Positions 9,443-18,605 of a DNA stretch of 64,000 nt are shown piece after piece. The DNA comes from Casimicrobiaceae bacterium (lineage in GTDB: Bacteria; Pseudomonadota; Gammaproteobacteria; Burkholderiales; Casimicrobiaceae): positions 11,424 to 75,423 of the forward strand of contig DASXBW010000096.1 of assembly GCA_036491495.1 (NCBI GenBank). The letters run 5' to 3'. Position 1 is the stretch's first letter. Every line of letters begins with the position of its first letter. A program made the position numbers and the translations under genes. The notes under the pieces are model-generated. The model made no database searches, had not been told where the DNA came from, and was given only the letters and a program-made list of their open reading frames with translations.

Positions 9443-10601
9443 TCGCGGTCCTTCCCGATGGCTGGTGCTCCCGCTCGCGGCAGGTCAGATCGCCGTCAGC
9501 GCGATCGGCCGACAGCGGATCGCACCGCAGGTCCCGGAGCGAGTGCTGATCGCACACGATCTTCTGCTAGGCGACACGATCATGTTGACCCCGCTCCTGG
9601 CGAAATGCCGCGAGCGCTGGCCGTCCGCGGATATCGTCATGACCTGTGCTCCTTCTTACTGCGGGCTGTACGCCATGCGTCCCTATGGAGTTCGCGTCTT
9701 GCCGTACGATCCGCGCGACCTGCAGTCGCTGCAGCGCCTGCGTGCCGAGGCGCCATTCGACCTTGCGCTCATCCCTGGCGATAATCGATATTCGTGGCTT
9801 GCGCGCGCACTTCGTGCACGCTGGGTAGTGGGCTTCTCGGGTGCCGATGCGCGTTACAAGGACTGGCCGATCGATGAGCTGCGCAGCTACCCCGACGTGC
9901 CCACGGCTTGGGCCGATCTCGCCGCCGGTCTGATCGACGGCCCGGCGCCGGCACGCTATCGCATGACCCACTGGCCGACGCCACCCGCGGCCGCCTTCGA
10001 AGCACCTGCTGAACCCTACTGCGTCATTCACGCCGGCGCGAGCAGCGCACTCAAGCGGTGGCCGGCAGACCGCTGGTCTGAGGTCGCGCGGCGGCTCGAA
10101 ACGATGGATCTGCGCATCGTGCTCAGCGCCGGGCCGGGCGAGGTGCACCTCCTCGACGCAATCGATCCCGTTCGAGCATTTCCGCGTTTTGGCGGCAATC
10201 TGTCGCTCCCGCAGATGTGGCATCTTCTCGAACGCGCAAAGCTGCTGATCGCTCCGGACACGGGAATTGCGCACCTTGGGCGCCTCGTCGGGGTGCCGAC
10301 GCTCGCGCTGTTTGGGCCCGGCTCAGCCTTGCTTTCCGGCGCCGGAGATTTCTGGCGCGACAGTCCTTTCACGGCCCTCACTATTCCGGACTTTCCGTGC
10401 CGAGATCAGACCATTACCATGCGGCGAGATGTGCGCTGGATTCGGCGCTGCGAGCGATTCCAGGGAACTGCGCCCGGTCAATGCCCGGAGGCACGCTGCA
10501 TGTTGGCGCTCTCCACCGACGACGTTGGGCGCGCCGCCGTGCAGTTGCTTTCGACCCCCTCAAGTCACGCAAGGCCGGCTACCATCGGCGCGAGCGCCTA
10601 G
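9435..10601 (+). CDS. glycosyltransferase family 9 (heptosyltransferase-like)
   Basis: ATG 9435 overlaps the asnB-like 2 stop by 8 nt. GT9 motifs are LLLGDTIMLTPLLAKCRERWP, HAGASSALKRWPADRW and LIAPDTGIAHLGRLVGVPTLALFGPGS. Confidence 0.75.
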   Translation: MNSRGPSRWLVLPLAAGQIAVSAIGRQRIAPQVPERVLIAHDLLLGDTIMLTPLLAKCRERWPSADIVMTCAPSYCGLYAMRPYGVRVLPYDPRDLQSLQRLRAEAPFDLALIPGDNRYSWLARALRARWVVGFSGADARYKDWPIDELRSYPDVPTAWADLAAGLIDGPAPARYRMTHWPTPPAAAFEAPAEPYCVIHAGASSALKRWPADRWSEVARRLETMDLRIVLSAGPGEVHLLDAIDPVRAFPRFGGNLSLPQMWHLLERAKLLIAPDTGIAHLGRLVGVPTLALFGPGSALLSGAGDFWRDSPFTALTIPDFPCRDQTITMRRDVRWIRRCERFQGTAPGQCPEARCMLALSTDDVGRAAVQLLSTPSSHARPATIGASA

Positions 10602-10610
10602 GCGCGCACC

Positions 10611-12527
10611 TTAGCGTCTGCGCCGGGCGAATAGGGCGACCGCGGGCGCGGCCGCTGCCGGCGTCATGGTCGCGATCGGCTCCACGATGGGAACCGATGC
10701 GCCGCTCGGCGGGGCGTATTCGGGAATCCAGTTCTTGAGCCAGACGCGAACCTCGGCCTCTCCCGCCGCTCGATCGCGCTCCAGCCACGCGACCATTTGC
10801 TCGACCGCATCGCGATTGCCAGGACGTGCCTGGGCGATGCGCAGCTTGGGATGTGGCGTCGGCAACGTTGCTTCGCCCGTGGCAAGCGGCTCCTCGAAAA
10901 GTTTTTCTCCGGGTCTCAAGCCAGTGAACGCGATGCGAATGCGGTCGGGATCGGCGCCTGAAAGGCGGATCATGTCGCGTGCCAGATCGATGATTCTTAC
11001 CGGGTCGCCCATGTCGAGCAGCAGCACCTCGCCGCCCTTCCCCATCAGCCCGGCCTGCAACAGGAGCTGCGTGGCCTCCGAAAGCGACATGAAATAACGG
11101 GTGATCGACGGATGCGTCACCGTTACCGGGCCGCCGCGCGCGATCTGTTCCCGGAAGCGGGGAATTACGCTACCAGTGCTGCCGAAAACATTGCCAAACC
11201 GAACGATGACGAACTGCGTCGTGCCGTTCTGCAGGCTCTGGCACACCATCTCCGCCATGCGCTTCGACGCCCCCATGACGTTGGTCGGATTGACGGCCTT
11301 GTCCGTTGACACCAGCACGAACTTCTCGACGCGCGCGGCAACCGCGGCGTGCGCGAGTACCCAAGTGCCCCACGCGTTATTGCGCACCGCTTGCCAGGCG
11401 TTCGTTTCCTCCATCAGCGGCACGTGCTTGTAGGCAGCGGCGTGAAACAGGACGCTGGGGCGTTCGCTGGCCAGCACCTGATCGATCAGCGCGACATGCT
11501 TGACATCGCCGACCAGGGTCGCCAGCGGCAGCCCGGGAAAATCGTCCTGCAAGGCCTGCTGGATTTGATAGAGCCCGAATTCGGACAGATCGAGCAGGAC
11601 CAGCCGCGCCGGCCTGAAACGCGCGATCTGGCGGCAGAGCTCGGCACCGATCGATCCGCCGGCGCCGGTGACCATCACCACGCGCCCGCCGAGCCAGTCG
11701 CCGAGTCCGGCGCTGTCGAGCACCACCGGATCGCGGCCGAGCAGGTCGTCGAGCTCGACCTGCCGTATGGTCGTCAGCTGCGAGCGGCCGCTAATCAAAT
11801 CGTCGTAGGAAGGAACCGTCAATGCTTCGACGCCGGCCGCTGCGCACAGCTCGGCCACGCGTCGGCGCACGCCGTGGGCGGCGGAAGGCAAGGCAAGGAT
11901 CACGGTACGGACCCCGAAGCGCTTGGCCCACAACGGCAACTCGGCAATCGGGCCCAGGACGCTGATGTTGCGCAGTAGCCGGCCCTGCTTGGCCGGATTG
12001 TCATCGAGCAGGCCGGCGATGCGCCATTTGCGGCTGTGCGCGAGCTCCTTGGCGAGGTGTGCGCCGGCTTCGCCCGCGCCCAGAATCAGCACCGGCTCGC
12101 CCAGCGCGGCCAACGGGCTGTACAGCCGATGCTCTTTCCATACCCGGTAGGTAAAGCGGCTGCCCGCCATCAGCATGATCAGCACCGGCGGGTAAAGTAT
12201 CAACACGCTGCGCGGCACGACCGAGGTCAGCCGTAGCATGACCAGGACGACCGGGACCGCGACCGCGCCCAGTCCGACCGCAAGCACGATGCGCTGGAGA
12301 TCGGGCAGGCTGGCGAAGCGCCACAGCCCTCGGTACAGTCCGAACGCCAGGAAAATACCAGTCTGCAGCGGCAGCACCCAAGCCAGCGTCTGCAGCATGT
12401 CGGAGAGCTGCGGCTCGTGCAGCTCGAGGTTGTACCGGAGCCAGTACAGGCCGATCCAGGCGAGTCCCGCAGCAACCACATCGTGGCCGAAGGCCAGCCA
12501 CGCTCTCCAGTTAGTACTCACTTTCAT
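10611..12527 (-). CDS. membrane-anchored nucleotide-sugar 4,6-dehydratase/epimerase (CapD/WbpM/PglF family)
   Basis: The N-terminus is hydrophobic with several TM segments. The Rossmann motif is VMVTGAGGSIGAEL, and LVSTDKAVNPTNVMGASKR is also present. The start MKVSTNW at 12527 shares TGATG with the upstream stop. Confidence 0.85.
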   Translation of the reverse strand: MKVSTNWRAWLAFGHDVVAAGLAWIGLYWLRYNLELHEPQLSDMLQTLAWVLPLQTGIFLAFGLYRGLWRFASLPDLQRIVLAVGLGAVAVPVVLVMLRLTSVVPRSVLILYPPVLIMLMAGSRFTYRVWKEHRLYSPLAALGEPVLILGAGEAGAHLAKELAHSRKWRIAGLLDDNPAKQGRLLRNISVLGPIAELPLWAKRFGVRTVILALPSAAHGVRRRVAELCAAAGVEALTVPSYDDLISGRSQLTTIRQVELDDLLGRDPVVLDSAGLGDWLGGRVVMVTGAGGSIGAELCRQIARFRPARLVLLDLSEFGLYQIQQALQDDFPGLPLATLVGDVKHVALIDQVLASERPSVLFHAAAYKHVPLMEETNAWQAVRNNAWGTWVLAHAAVAARVEKFVLVSTDKAVNPTNVMGASKRMAEMVCQSLQNGTTQFVIVRFGNVFGSTGSVIPRFREQIARGGPVTVTHPSITRYFMSLSEATQLLLQAGLMGKGGEVLLLDMGDPVRIIDLARDMIRLSGADPDRIRIAFTGLRPGEKLFEEPLATGEATLPTPHPKLRIAQARPGNRDAVEQMVAWLERDRAAGEAEVRVWLKNWIPEYAPPSGASVPIVEPIATMTPAAAAPAVALFARRRR

Positions 12528-13501
12528 CAAGCGCCTTGCCCTTTGCGTCTTGCGTGCCAATAATGCCCAATCGCGCCGAACAATAGCGCCATGACTGCGC
12601 TCCAAAAAGCGAGCAGCGTGGGTCCCGAAGTTGGCGCTCGCGCCAGCGCGAGGAGTGCCGATGCAGCGATACCCAGCATCAAGGCTCCATAGAGCATAAG
12701 CGTTCCGCGATGGCCGAATCCAAGTTGAACAAGCTTCTGGTAAAAATGTTCCCGATGCGCTTCCCAGATTGTCGCACCACGCAACACGCGTAGCGCCAGA
12801 GTCACGCTGGCGTCAGCCACAAAGGGCAAAAAAACGAGCAGTGGAAACCAGCCCGGCCAGGTGCCCGCATACCAGCCGCTCATGCCAAACGTCGCGGCGA
12901 CAAAGCCCAAGGGAACGGCTCCGACATCGCCCATGAAAAGCTTGGCCGGCGGGAAGTTCATTACCAGGCAGGGAGCGATTGCAGCGACCAGTGCCCAAAG
13001 GATCGGCGCGTCGCCGGCACCCGCCATCGATCCGGCCACAGCGTACGCTCCGAAACCGATCATGGCCATCGCAAGCGCGAGCCCATCACTCCCGTCCATG
13101 AAGTTGAACAAGTTTGCCATCCACACTATTGCAATTACCGCCGCGAAAAGATTGAGCGGCATCTTGCTCAGCCAGATCCATGCGCATGCCGCCATTGTTT
13201 GGACCAGCAGGCGCGTCCACGCCGGCGCTCCATAACGATCGTCCCAAAACGACACCAAGATGATCAGCAACAGCGGCGCGAGCCAGGGTTGCGGAGTTCC
13301 CAGCCAGACAGTGCCAACCAGCCATCCCGACCATACCGCCACCCCGGCTCCCCTGGGAACGGGGCGATGATGCAGCGAGCGAACGTTCGGATGAGCAGTA
13401 GGGAGTCGGCCCGGGCTTTTCAGCAGGAACAAGCCTATCGATGCGACCGCGGCGGCAAGCAGCGCCGGCAGTGCTGACAACGCGGGCGAGAGAGCGATCA
13501 T
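12527..13501 (-). CDS. polyprenyl-phosphate N-acetylhexosamine-1-phosphate transferase (WecA/WbpL, MraY-like family)
   Basis: A polytopic membrane protein with the NLFNFMDGSDGLA motif. I prefer the start MIALSPAL at 13501. Confidence 0.8.
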   Translation of the reverse strand: MIALSPALSALPALLAAAVASIGLFLLKSPGRLPTAHPNVRSLHHRPVPRGAGVAVWSGWLVGTVWLGTPQPWLAPLLLIILVSFWDDRYGAPAWTRLLVQTMAACAWIWLSKMPLNLFAAVIAIVWMANLFNFMDGSDGLALAMAMIGFGAYAVAGSMAGAGDAPILWALVAAIAPCLVMNFPPAKLFMGDVGAVPLGFVAATFGMSGWYAGTWPGWFPLLVFLPFVADASVTLALRVLRGATIWEAHREHFYQKLVQLGFGHRGTLMLYGALMLGIAASALLALARAPTSGPTLLAFWSAVMALLFGAIGHYWHARRKGQGA

Positions 13502-13849
13502 CGGGGTCGGTTTGCGCTGAAGCACCGCCTTTCGCCGCGATTTTGTCGGCAAGCTGTTGTTTGTGCCCATTTTTCGGGCTGCTCACTATCACATCGCGAG
13601 CGGCCGCGACAGAGTGAATTATACCAACCCGAAGGCCCGAAATACGCTGCGGCAAATCCCTCTGTCTTGTTGCAATTAAGCAACAGGGTTGACGGGGGGT
13701 TTTGGGGTCGCGGGTTTTAGCTTGCCAATGGAATCGCCGCTTTGGCACAATTGAGTCAACTTCTCGTTTACCTCGTGGGAAGGTTTCCGACGGCAGGCGA
13801 ATGCCCTTTCTGCCGCTTGCCAACTTAATCGTGTTAGAGGAGAAATTCC

Positions 13850-15196
13850 ATGAATAAAAAGCTCGTGGTTCTTGCCGTCGCCGGCGCGTTCGCTTCGCCG
13901 CTGGCTGTGCAAGCGCAAACCGCGAACGTGACGCTGTACGGTCGCGCGAATATCGACCTGGAGTTCGTCAACGGCAAGACCTGCCAAAATGGTAATGCGG
14001 CGGGTGGTCAAGGTGGGGGCGCTGTTCTCAGATCGTGTTCGTCCCTGTCCAACGCTGCCGCGACGGACATGATCAGCAATCCGACCACGACGCGCGTAAG
14101 CAGCAACTCGTCGCGCTTCGGGATGCGCGGAACCGAAAGCCTGGGCGGTGGCCTGAATGCCATTTTCCAGCTCGAGTCGAACGTCAGCTGGGATAGCGGC
14201 AACTCATCGAGCTCGGGTATCGCCAGCCGCGAAACTTTCGCCGGCTTGCAAGGCAGCTGGGGCAAGTTCACGATGGGCAAGTTCCTGGCGCCCCAGGACG
14301 ACCTGCATCCGATCTTCGGTAACGCGCCCACGCTGACGACGTCGATTCTGTCGACCGCCAACATCTGGGCCTTTGGCAACCTGAGCAAGGGTCAGGGTGG
14401 CTTCGACGCGCGCCTCGGCAACAGCCTGCGCTACGATTCACCGAACTATCAGGGCTTCACCGGCGCGTTCCAAGTTTCGGTGCGCGATGATTCGGGCAAC
14501 ACGACGCAGACACCGTTTGGCGGTGACAACGGCGACCATACCTCCTCCATGCGGCATGCCGTCGTGTACGGCGGGAACGTTATCTACTCCAACGGCCCGA
14601 TCCAGGCCGGCGTTTCATTCGAGCGCAACCAGAAGGTACGCCAATACACGGCCGATGTTTTCGCGACCGCCGGCGTGCCCGGGACCAGTGCCGCGAATCC
14701 GTTTAACGCCAACGATACCGACTGGACGATCACCGGCGCGTACGACTTCGGCACCATCATGCAAGGCTTCGGCCTGCGCCTCGGCGCGGTCTACGAGCAC
14801 ACCAAGTACGACACGCCGACGGGCGACCTGAAGCGCGACTTCTGGGGCGTTTCGGGCACTATCCCCGCAGGTGGCGGCAAGTTCTACCTGTTCTACGGCA
14901 AGGCCGGGAACGGCAAGGGCGGCGCGGTCGATGGCGAGAATGTCGGCTATCTGGTCAAGGGCGGCGACACCGGCGCTACGCAGTATGAAGTGAGCTATAG
15001 CTACAACCTGTCGCCGCGGACCATGCTCAACGCAGGCTATGTCAAGCTCGCGAACGATTGCAAGGGGCCGTACACCTTCAACATCAACTCGTACCCGATC
15101 GCGGTGGGACAGGTGAATGCGGCCCCCGGCAGCGCTGGCGACTTCTGCAGCGGCCGGCCCGGCGGTTTCGTGTTAGGTTTCGTGCACCTGTTCTAA
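13850..15196 (+). CDS. outer-membrane porin (Gram-negative general porin family), paralogue 1
   Basis: An AGAGGAG RBS precedes the ATG. The signal peptide is MNKKLVVLAVAGAFASPLAVQA. Beta-strand periodicity runs throughout and the C-terminus is GFVHLF. It contains four Cys residues in two loop insertions. Confidence 0.9.
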   Translation: MNKKLVVLAVAGAFASPLAVQAQTANVTLYGRANIDLEFVNGKTCQNGNAAGGQGGGAVLRSCSSLSNAAATDMISNPTTTRVSSNSSRFGMRGTESLGGGLNAIFQLESNVSWDSGNSSSSGIASRETFAGLQGSWGKFTMGKFLAPQDDLHPIFGNAPTLTTSILSTANIWAFGNLSKGQGGFDARLGNSLRYDSPNYQGFTGAFQVSVRDDSGNTTQTPFGGDNGDHTSSMRHAVVYGGNVIYSNGPIQAGVSFERNQKVRQYTADVFATAGVPGTSAANPFNANDTDWTITGAYDFGTIMQGFGLRLGAVYEHTKYDTPTGDLKRDFWGVSGTIPAGGGKFYLFYGKAGNGKGGAVDGENVGYLVKGGDTGATQYEVSYSYNLSPRTMLNAGYVKLANDCKGPYTFNINSYPIAVGQVNAAPGSAGDFCSGRPGGFVLGFVHLF

Positions 15197-15241
15197 GACG
15201 TAGCAAAGCAAGTTCGATCCAACAGGATTTAAAGTGATCAT

Positions 15242-15271
15242 ACGGGCGTCCTTTGGACGCCCGTTTTTTTT
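15242..15271 (+). terminator. rho-independent terminator after porin 1
   Basis: The hairpin is acgggcgtc-ctttg-gacgcccgt, followed by a run of T (ttttttt). Confidence 0.85.
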
Positions 15272-15368
15272 GGGTGTCGTATGATTGGGAACATGAGGGC
15301 GGCGAATCGTCGAGAGAACGATCGCCTGCGTTCCCGCCTTCTGACAAACTGAAGCGCCCGATTGCGCG

Positions 15369-15998
15369 GTGACCTTGACCACTGACGACCTCATCACCGG
15401 TTTCGATCGTGCATTGCGCACGCTGACGAGGACGGTGACTTCGCAACGACCCAGCCCCGCGGAAGATCGTCCCGAGGGCCCGCTCACTCCCGAGGAGCGA
15501 CGTCTTGCCGCTGGCTTGATGCGGGTCAATCACACCGGCGAGGTCTGCGCCCAGGCGCTCTACAGCGCGCAGGCGCTAGTCGCCCGCGATCCCGAGATCC
15601 GCCGCCGTTTCGCAGTGGCCGCACGCGAGGAGGAAGACCATCTGGCGTGGACGCAGCAGCGTCTTGTCGAGCTCGGTTCGAGGACCAGCTACGCGAATCC
15701 TTTGTGGTACGCCGGGTCGTTCGCGATCGGGCTCGCCGCCAGTATCGGCGGCGACCGCACAAACCTTGGATTTGTCGTCGAGACGGAACGGCAGGTCGAG
15801 GAGCACCTGACCGGGCATATGGCCGAGCTGCCCCAATCCGACGCGCGGAGCCGCGCCATCGTCTCCGCCATGCGCGACGACGAGGCACGGCACGGCGCTT
15901 CCGCGCGCGATGCCGGAGCAAGCGAGCTGCCCTGGCCGGTGCGCGCGCTGATGCGCGCTACGGCGAAGGTGATGACGATCACCGCGTATCGCGTCTAG
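15369..15998 (+). CDS. coq7: demethoxyubiquinone hydroxylase (Coq7 family di-iron protein)
   Basis: 209 aa containing [14 protein letters not shown] and two E-x-x-H motifs (EEDHLAW and DEARHGA). GTG start. Confidence 0.85.
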   Translation: MTLTTDDLITGFDRALRTLTRTVTSQRPSPAEDRPEGPLTPEERRLAAGLMRVNHTGEVCAQALYSAQALVARDPEIRRRFAVAAREEEDHLAWTQQRLVELGSRTSYANPLWYAGSFAIGLAASIGGDRTNLGFVVETERQVEEHLTGHMAELPQSDARSRAIVSAMRDDEARHGASARDAGASELPWPVRALMRATAKVMTITAYRV

Positions 15999-16102
15999 GT
16001 TGGACCCACGGCCCGGCGTTACATTTCATGAATGTCCCGATCCCGACGGCGCGCAGTGGCGGGCGGCGCATGCGCGGCGCGGATGACCCGCGGAAATGCT
16101 CG

Positions 16103-17254
16103 ATGCATCGCCGCTTCGCCACCCTGATGTTCGCCGTCACCGCTGCGGCAGCGGCCACGCACACGCACGCGCAGTTCGCCAATTTCAAGCTCTACGGCAG
16201 CCTCAATCTGGATTGGGAGTTGATCAGCGGCAGGCAGGCCGACGGGACCAACCCGACAGTGAGCCGCGTCAGCAGCAATTCTTCTCGCTTTGGTCTGCGC
16301 GGCGTCGAATACATAGGCGGCGGTTGGAATGCCATCTATCAGCTGGAATCCTCCGTGCAGGCCGACACCGGCGGCTCGTCGCTGGGAACGCGCGAGACTT
16401 TTGCCGGGCTGCAGGGCGAGTGGGGCACGTTCAAGCTCGGCAAGTTCCTCACGCCCTACGACGACATCCATCCCATATTCGGCAACGCGCCGACGCTGAC
16501 GACATCGGTGCTTTCGACCGCTGCCCTGTGGGCGCAGGGATCGCTGACCAAGGGCCAGGGCGGCTTCGATGCCCGTCTGGGCAATTCGATTCGCTACGAC
16601 TCGCCGAGCGTCAACGGCTTGATCGGTGAGCTCCAGTACTCGACGCGCGATGCTTCAGGCAACGCCGACGGACCCGCCGGTGACAACGGAGACCACGCTT
16701 CCGAGCTTCGGCATGCGAATGTCTTGAGCCTCGGCGGCTTCTACAACAACGGCCCGGTCGATCTCGGCATCGCCTACGAGAGAAATTACAAGGTTCGTGC
16801 AACCGGCAAGTACGACGACGCTTTTTCCGTCAGCGGTGGCTACGATTTCGGCGCGGCGAATAGCGCCTTCAACGTGCGCCTGGGCGGCATTTACGAGCGG
16901 CTCAAGTACGATACGCTCGGCGGCAACATCACACGCGATTTCTACGGGATCTCGGCGACGGTGCCCGCCGGCGGAGGACTGATTTATGCCTTTTGGGGTC
17001 GCGCCAACGACGGCAAGGGAAGCGCGCCCGACGGGACCCAGGTGGGCGCACTGGCAAAGGGGCCCGGAACCGCAAGCGAGCAGTGGGAGTTGAGCTATAC
17101 CTATAACCTGTCGCTGAGAAGCCTGGTCTATGTCGGCTACGTCAGAATCGACAATCACGCCAACGCTGCCTACACCTTCAATATCAACGACTACGCGATC
17201 GCCCCCGGCGGCAAGCCGTCGGGGCTGGTGCTCGGCATGGCGCATTTCTTCTAG
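16103..17254 (+). CDS. outer-membrane porin, paralogue 2
   Basis: In-frame ATG at 16103 (MHRRFATLMFAVTAAAAATHTHAQ signal). It shares long blocks with porin 1 (RVSSNSSRFG, RETFAGLQG, HPIFGNAPTLTTS, KGQGGFDARLGNS, YTFNIN) and ends MAHFF. The upstream part of ORF 15647..17254 overlaps coq7. Confidence 0.9.
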   Translation: MHRRFATLMFAVTAAAAATHTHAQFANFKLYGSLNLDWELISGRQADGTNPTVSRVSSNSSRFGLRGVEYIGGGWNAIYQLESSVQADTGGSSLGTRETFAGLQGEWGTFKLGKFLTPYDDIHPIFGNAPTLTTSVLSTAALWAQGSLTKGQGGFDARLGNSIRYDSPSVNGLIGELQYSTRDASGNADGPAGDNGDHASELRHANVLSLGGFYNNGPVDLGIAYERNYKVRATGKYDDAFSVSGGYDFGAANSAFNVRLGGIYERLKYDTLGGNITRDFYGISATVPAGGGLIYAFWGRANDGKGSAPDGTQVGALAKGPGTASEQWELSYTYNLSLRSLVYVGYVRIDNHANAAYTFNINDYAIAPGGKPSGLVLGMAHFF

Positions 17255-17290
17255 GCATCAAGCCTCGAACTCTCGGTTTACCCCATCGTC

Positions 17291-18535
17291 CTAGGACGGC
17301 CAGGCAGCTGATGGCGGAAGCTCGATTTGTTTCTTCCATGCACGCAACGCATCGATCCGCGCTTCGCGGATCTTTGCAGGCAGGTGCTCCGGGTCGGGGT
17401 TGTCTCGCGCGATTTCACCTGCGTCGACGGCCTTCACCACCGCCAGCGCCAGATTGAGCCATCGCGCCGGTGCGTAGCTCTCACCGGATCGGCCCGGTCT
17501 CGATAGCGCATCGGCGGCGCACGCTCGCAACAGCCAGGCGAGGCGCTCCGGGCGACGCAAGGCGTCGGTTGCCAACAGCAGATCGAGGAGCGTCGCTGGG
17601 CGCAGCTCCGAGGCACGGTGTACGGTTCCGTGATAGCGGGCCGTGAGCACCGCCAGCTCCCGACAATCGGCTGGAGCGCGCAGCCGATCGCTCATCGCTT
17701 CCACCAGGCGAACGCTTTTCCGCTCATGGGCGATGTGTCGCGGCCAATCCGCGCGCGCCGTTGCGCCCTTGCCCAGGTCGTGGGTGAGGACCGCATAGCG
17801 CGCCGGAAGCGCATCGCTGGCGGTGGCGGCGTAATCCAGCGCCTGCAGCAGGTGTACGCCGGTGTCGAGCTCCGGATGATGCGCCACCGGCTGCGGCACG
17901 CCGAACAGCGCGTCGACCTCGGGCAGCAGCAGCTTCAACGCGCCGCAGGATCGCAGCACGACGAAGAAGCGTGAGGGATGCGGCTCCATCAGCGCGCGGG
18001 AAAGCTCCTGCCACACTCGTTCCGGAACCAGCGTCGCGATCTCGCCACCGGCGGTAATCGAGCGCATCAGCGCCTCGGTCTCCGGCGCGACCGCGAAGCC
18101 GAACCGCGCCGCGAATCGCGCGACACGAAGCACGCGCAGCGGGTCTTCGGCGAACGCGGGGCTCACGTGGCGCAGAATGCCCGCAGAGAGGTCATGCTCG
18201 CCGTGGTACGGATCGATCAGCGTTCCCGCTGCGTCGCGCGCCATGGCATTGATGGTCAGATCGCGGCGGCCGAGATCTTCCTCGAGCGTCACGTCGGGCG
18301 CGACGTGAAAGGTAAAGCCGTGATAGCCGCGCCCGCTCTTGCGCTCGGTGCGCGCCAACGCGTATTCCTCGCCCGACTCCGGATGCAGAAAAACCGGGAA
18401 GTCGCGACCGACGGGACGGAACCCTTTAGCGATCATTTCTTCCGGTGTCGCACCCACGACCACGTAATCACGATCCGAAATCGGCCGACCGAGGAGCTCG
18501 TCGCGCACCGCGCCCCCCACACGATAGATTTTCAT
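17291..18535 (-). CDS. cca: multifunctional CCA-adding tRNA nucleotidyltransferase with HD domain
   Basis: The N-terminus is MKIYRVGGAVRDELLGRPISDRDYVVVG, and an HD-domain segment (LTHDLGK) is present. Length is 414 aa. Confidence 0.9.
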   Translation of the reverse strand: MKIYRVGGAVRDELLGRPISDRDYVVVGATPEEMIAKGFRPVGRDFPVFLHPESGEEYALARTERKSGRGYHGFTFHVAPDVTLEEDLGRRDLTINAMARDAAGTLIDPYHGEHDLSAGILRHVSPAFAEDPLRVLRVARFAARFGFAVAPETEALMRSITAGGEIATLVPERVWQELSRALMEPHPSRFFVVLRSCGALKLLLPEVDALFGVPQPVAHHPELDTGVHLLQALDYAATASDALPARYAVLTHDLGKGATARADWPRHIAHERKSVRLVEAMSDRLRAPADCRELAVLTARYHGTVHRASELRPATLLDLLLATDALRRPERLAWLLRACAADALSRPGRSGESYAPARWLNLALAVVKAVDAGEIARDNPDPEHLPAKIREARIDALRAWKKQIELPPSAAWPS

Positions 18536-18605
18536 GAATGCGGGGGCAGGCGGCGTTTCACGTCGACGTCACGCTTAGGCCCCGGTGTGCTAAGTCGATC
18601 CGTTT

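Noticed and set aside
13743-13760. Perfect TGGCAC hexamer upstream of porin 1, a possible sigma-54 -24 element
   Set aside because: No TTGC/GC element follows at the required spacing (the sequence is TGGCACaattgagtc).
17287-17298. Perfect 12-bp palindrome cgtcctaggacg between porin 2 and cca
   Set aside because: It has no loop and no T-tract, so it is not a terminator. It contains the cca stop codon and is short enough to be chance.
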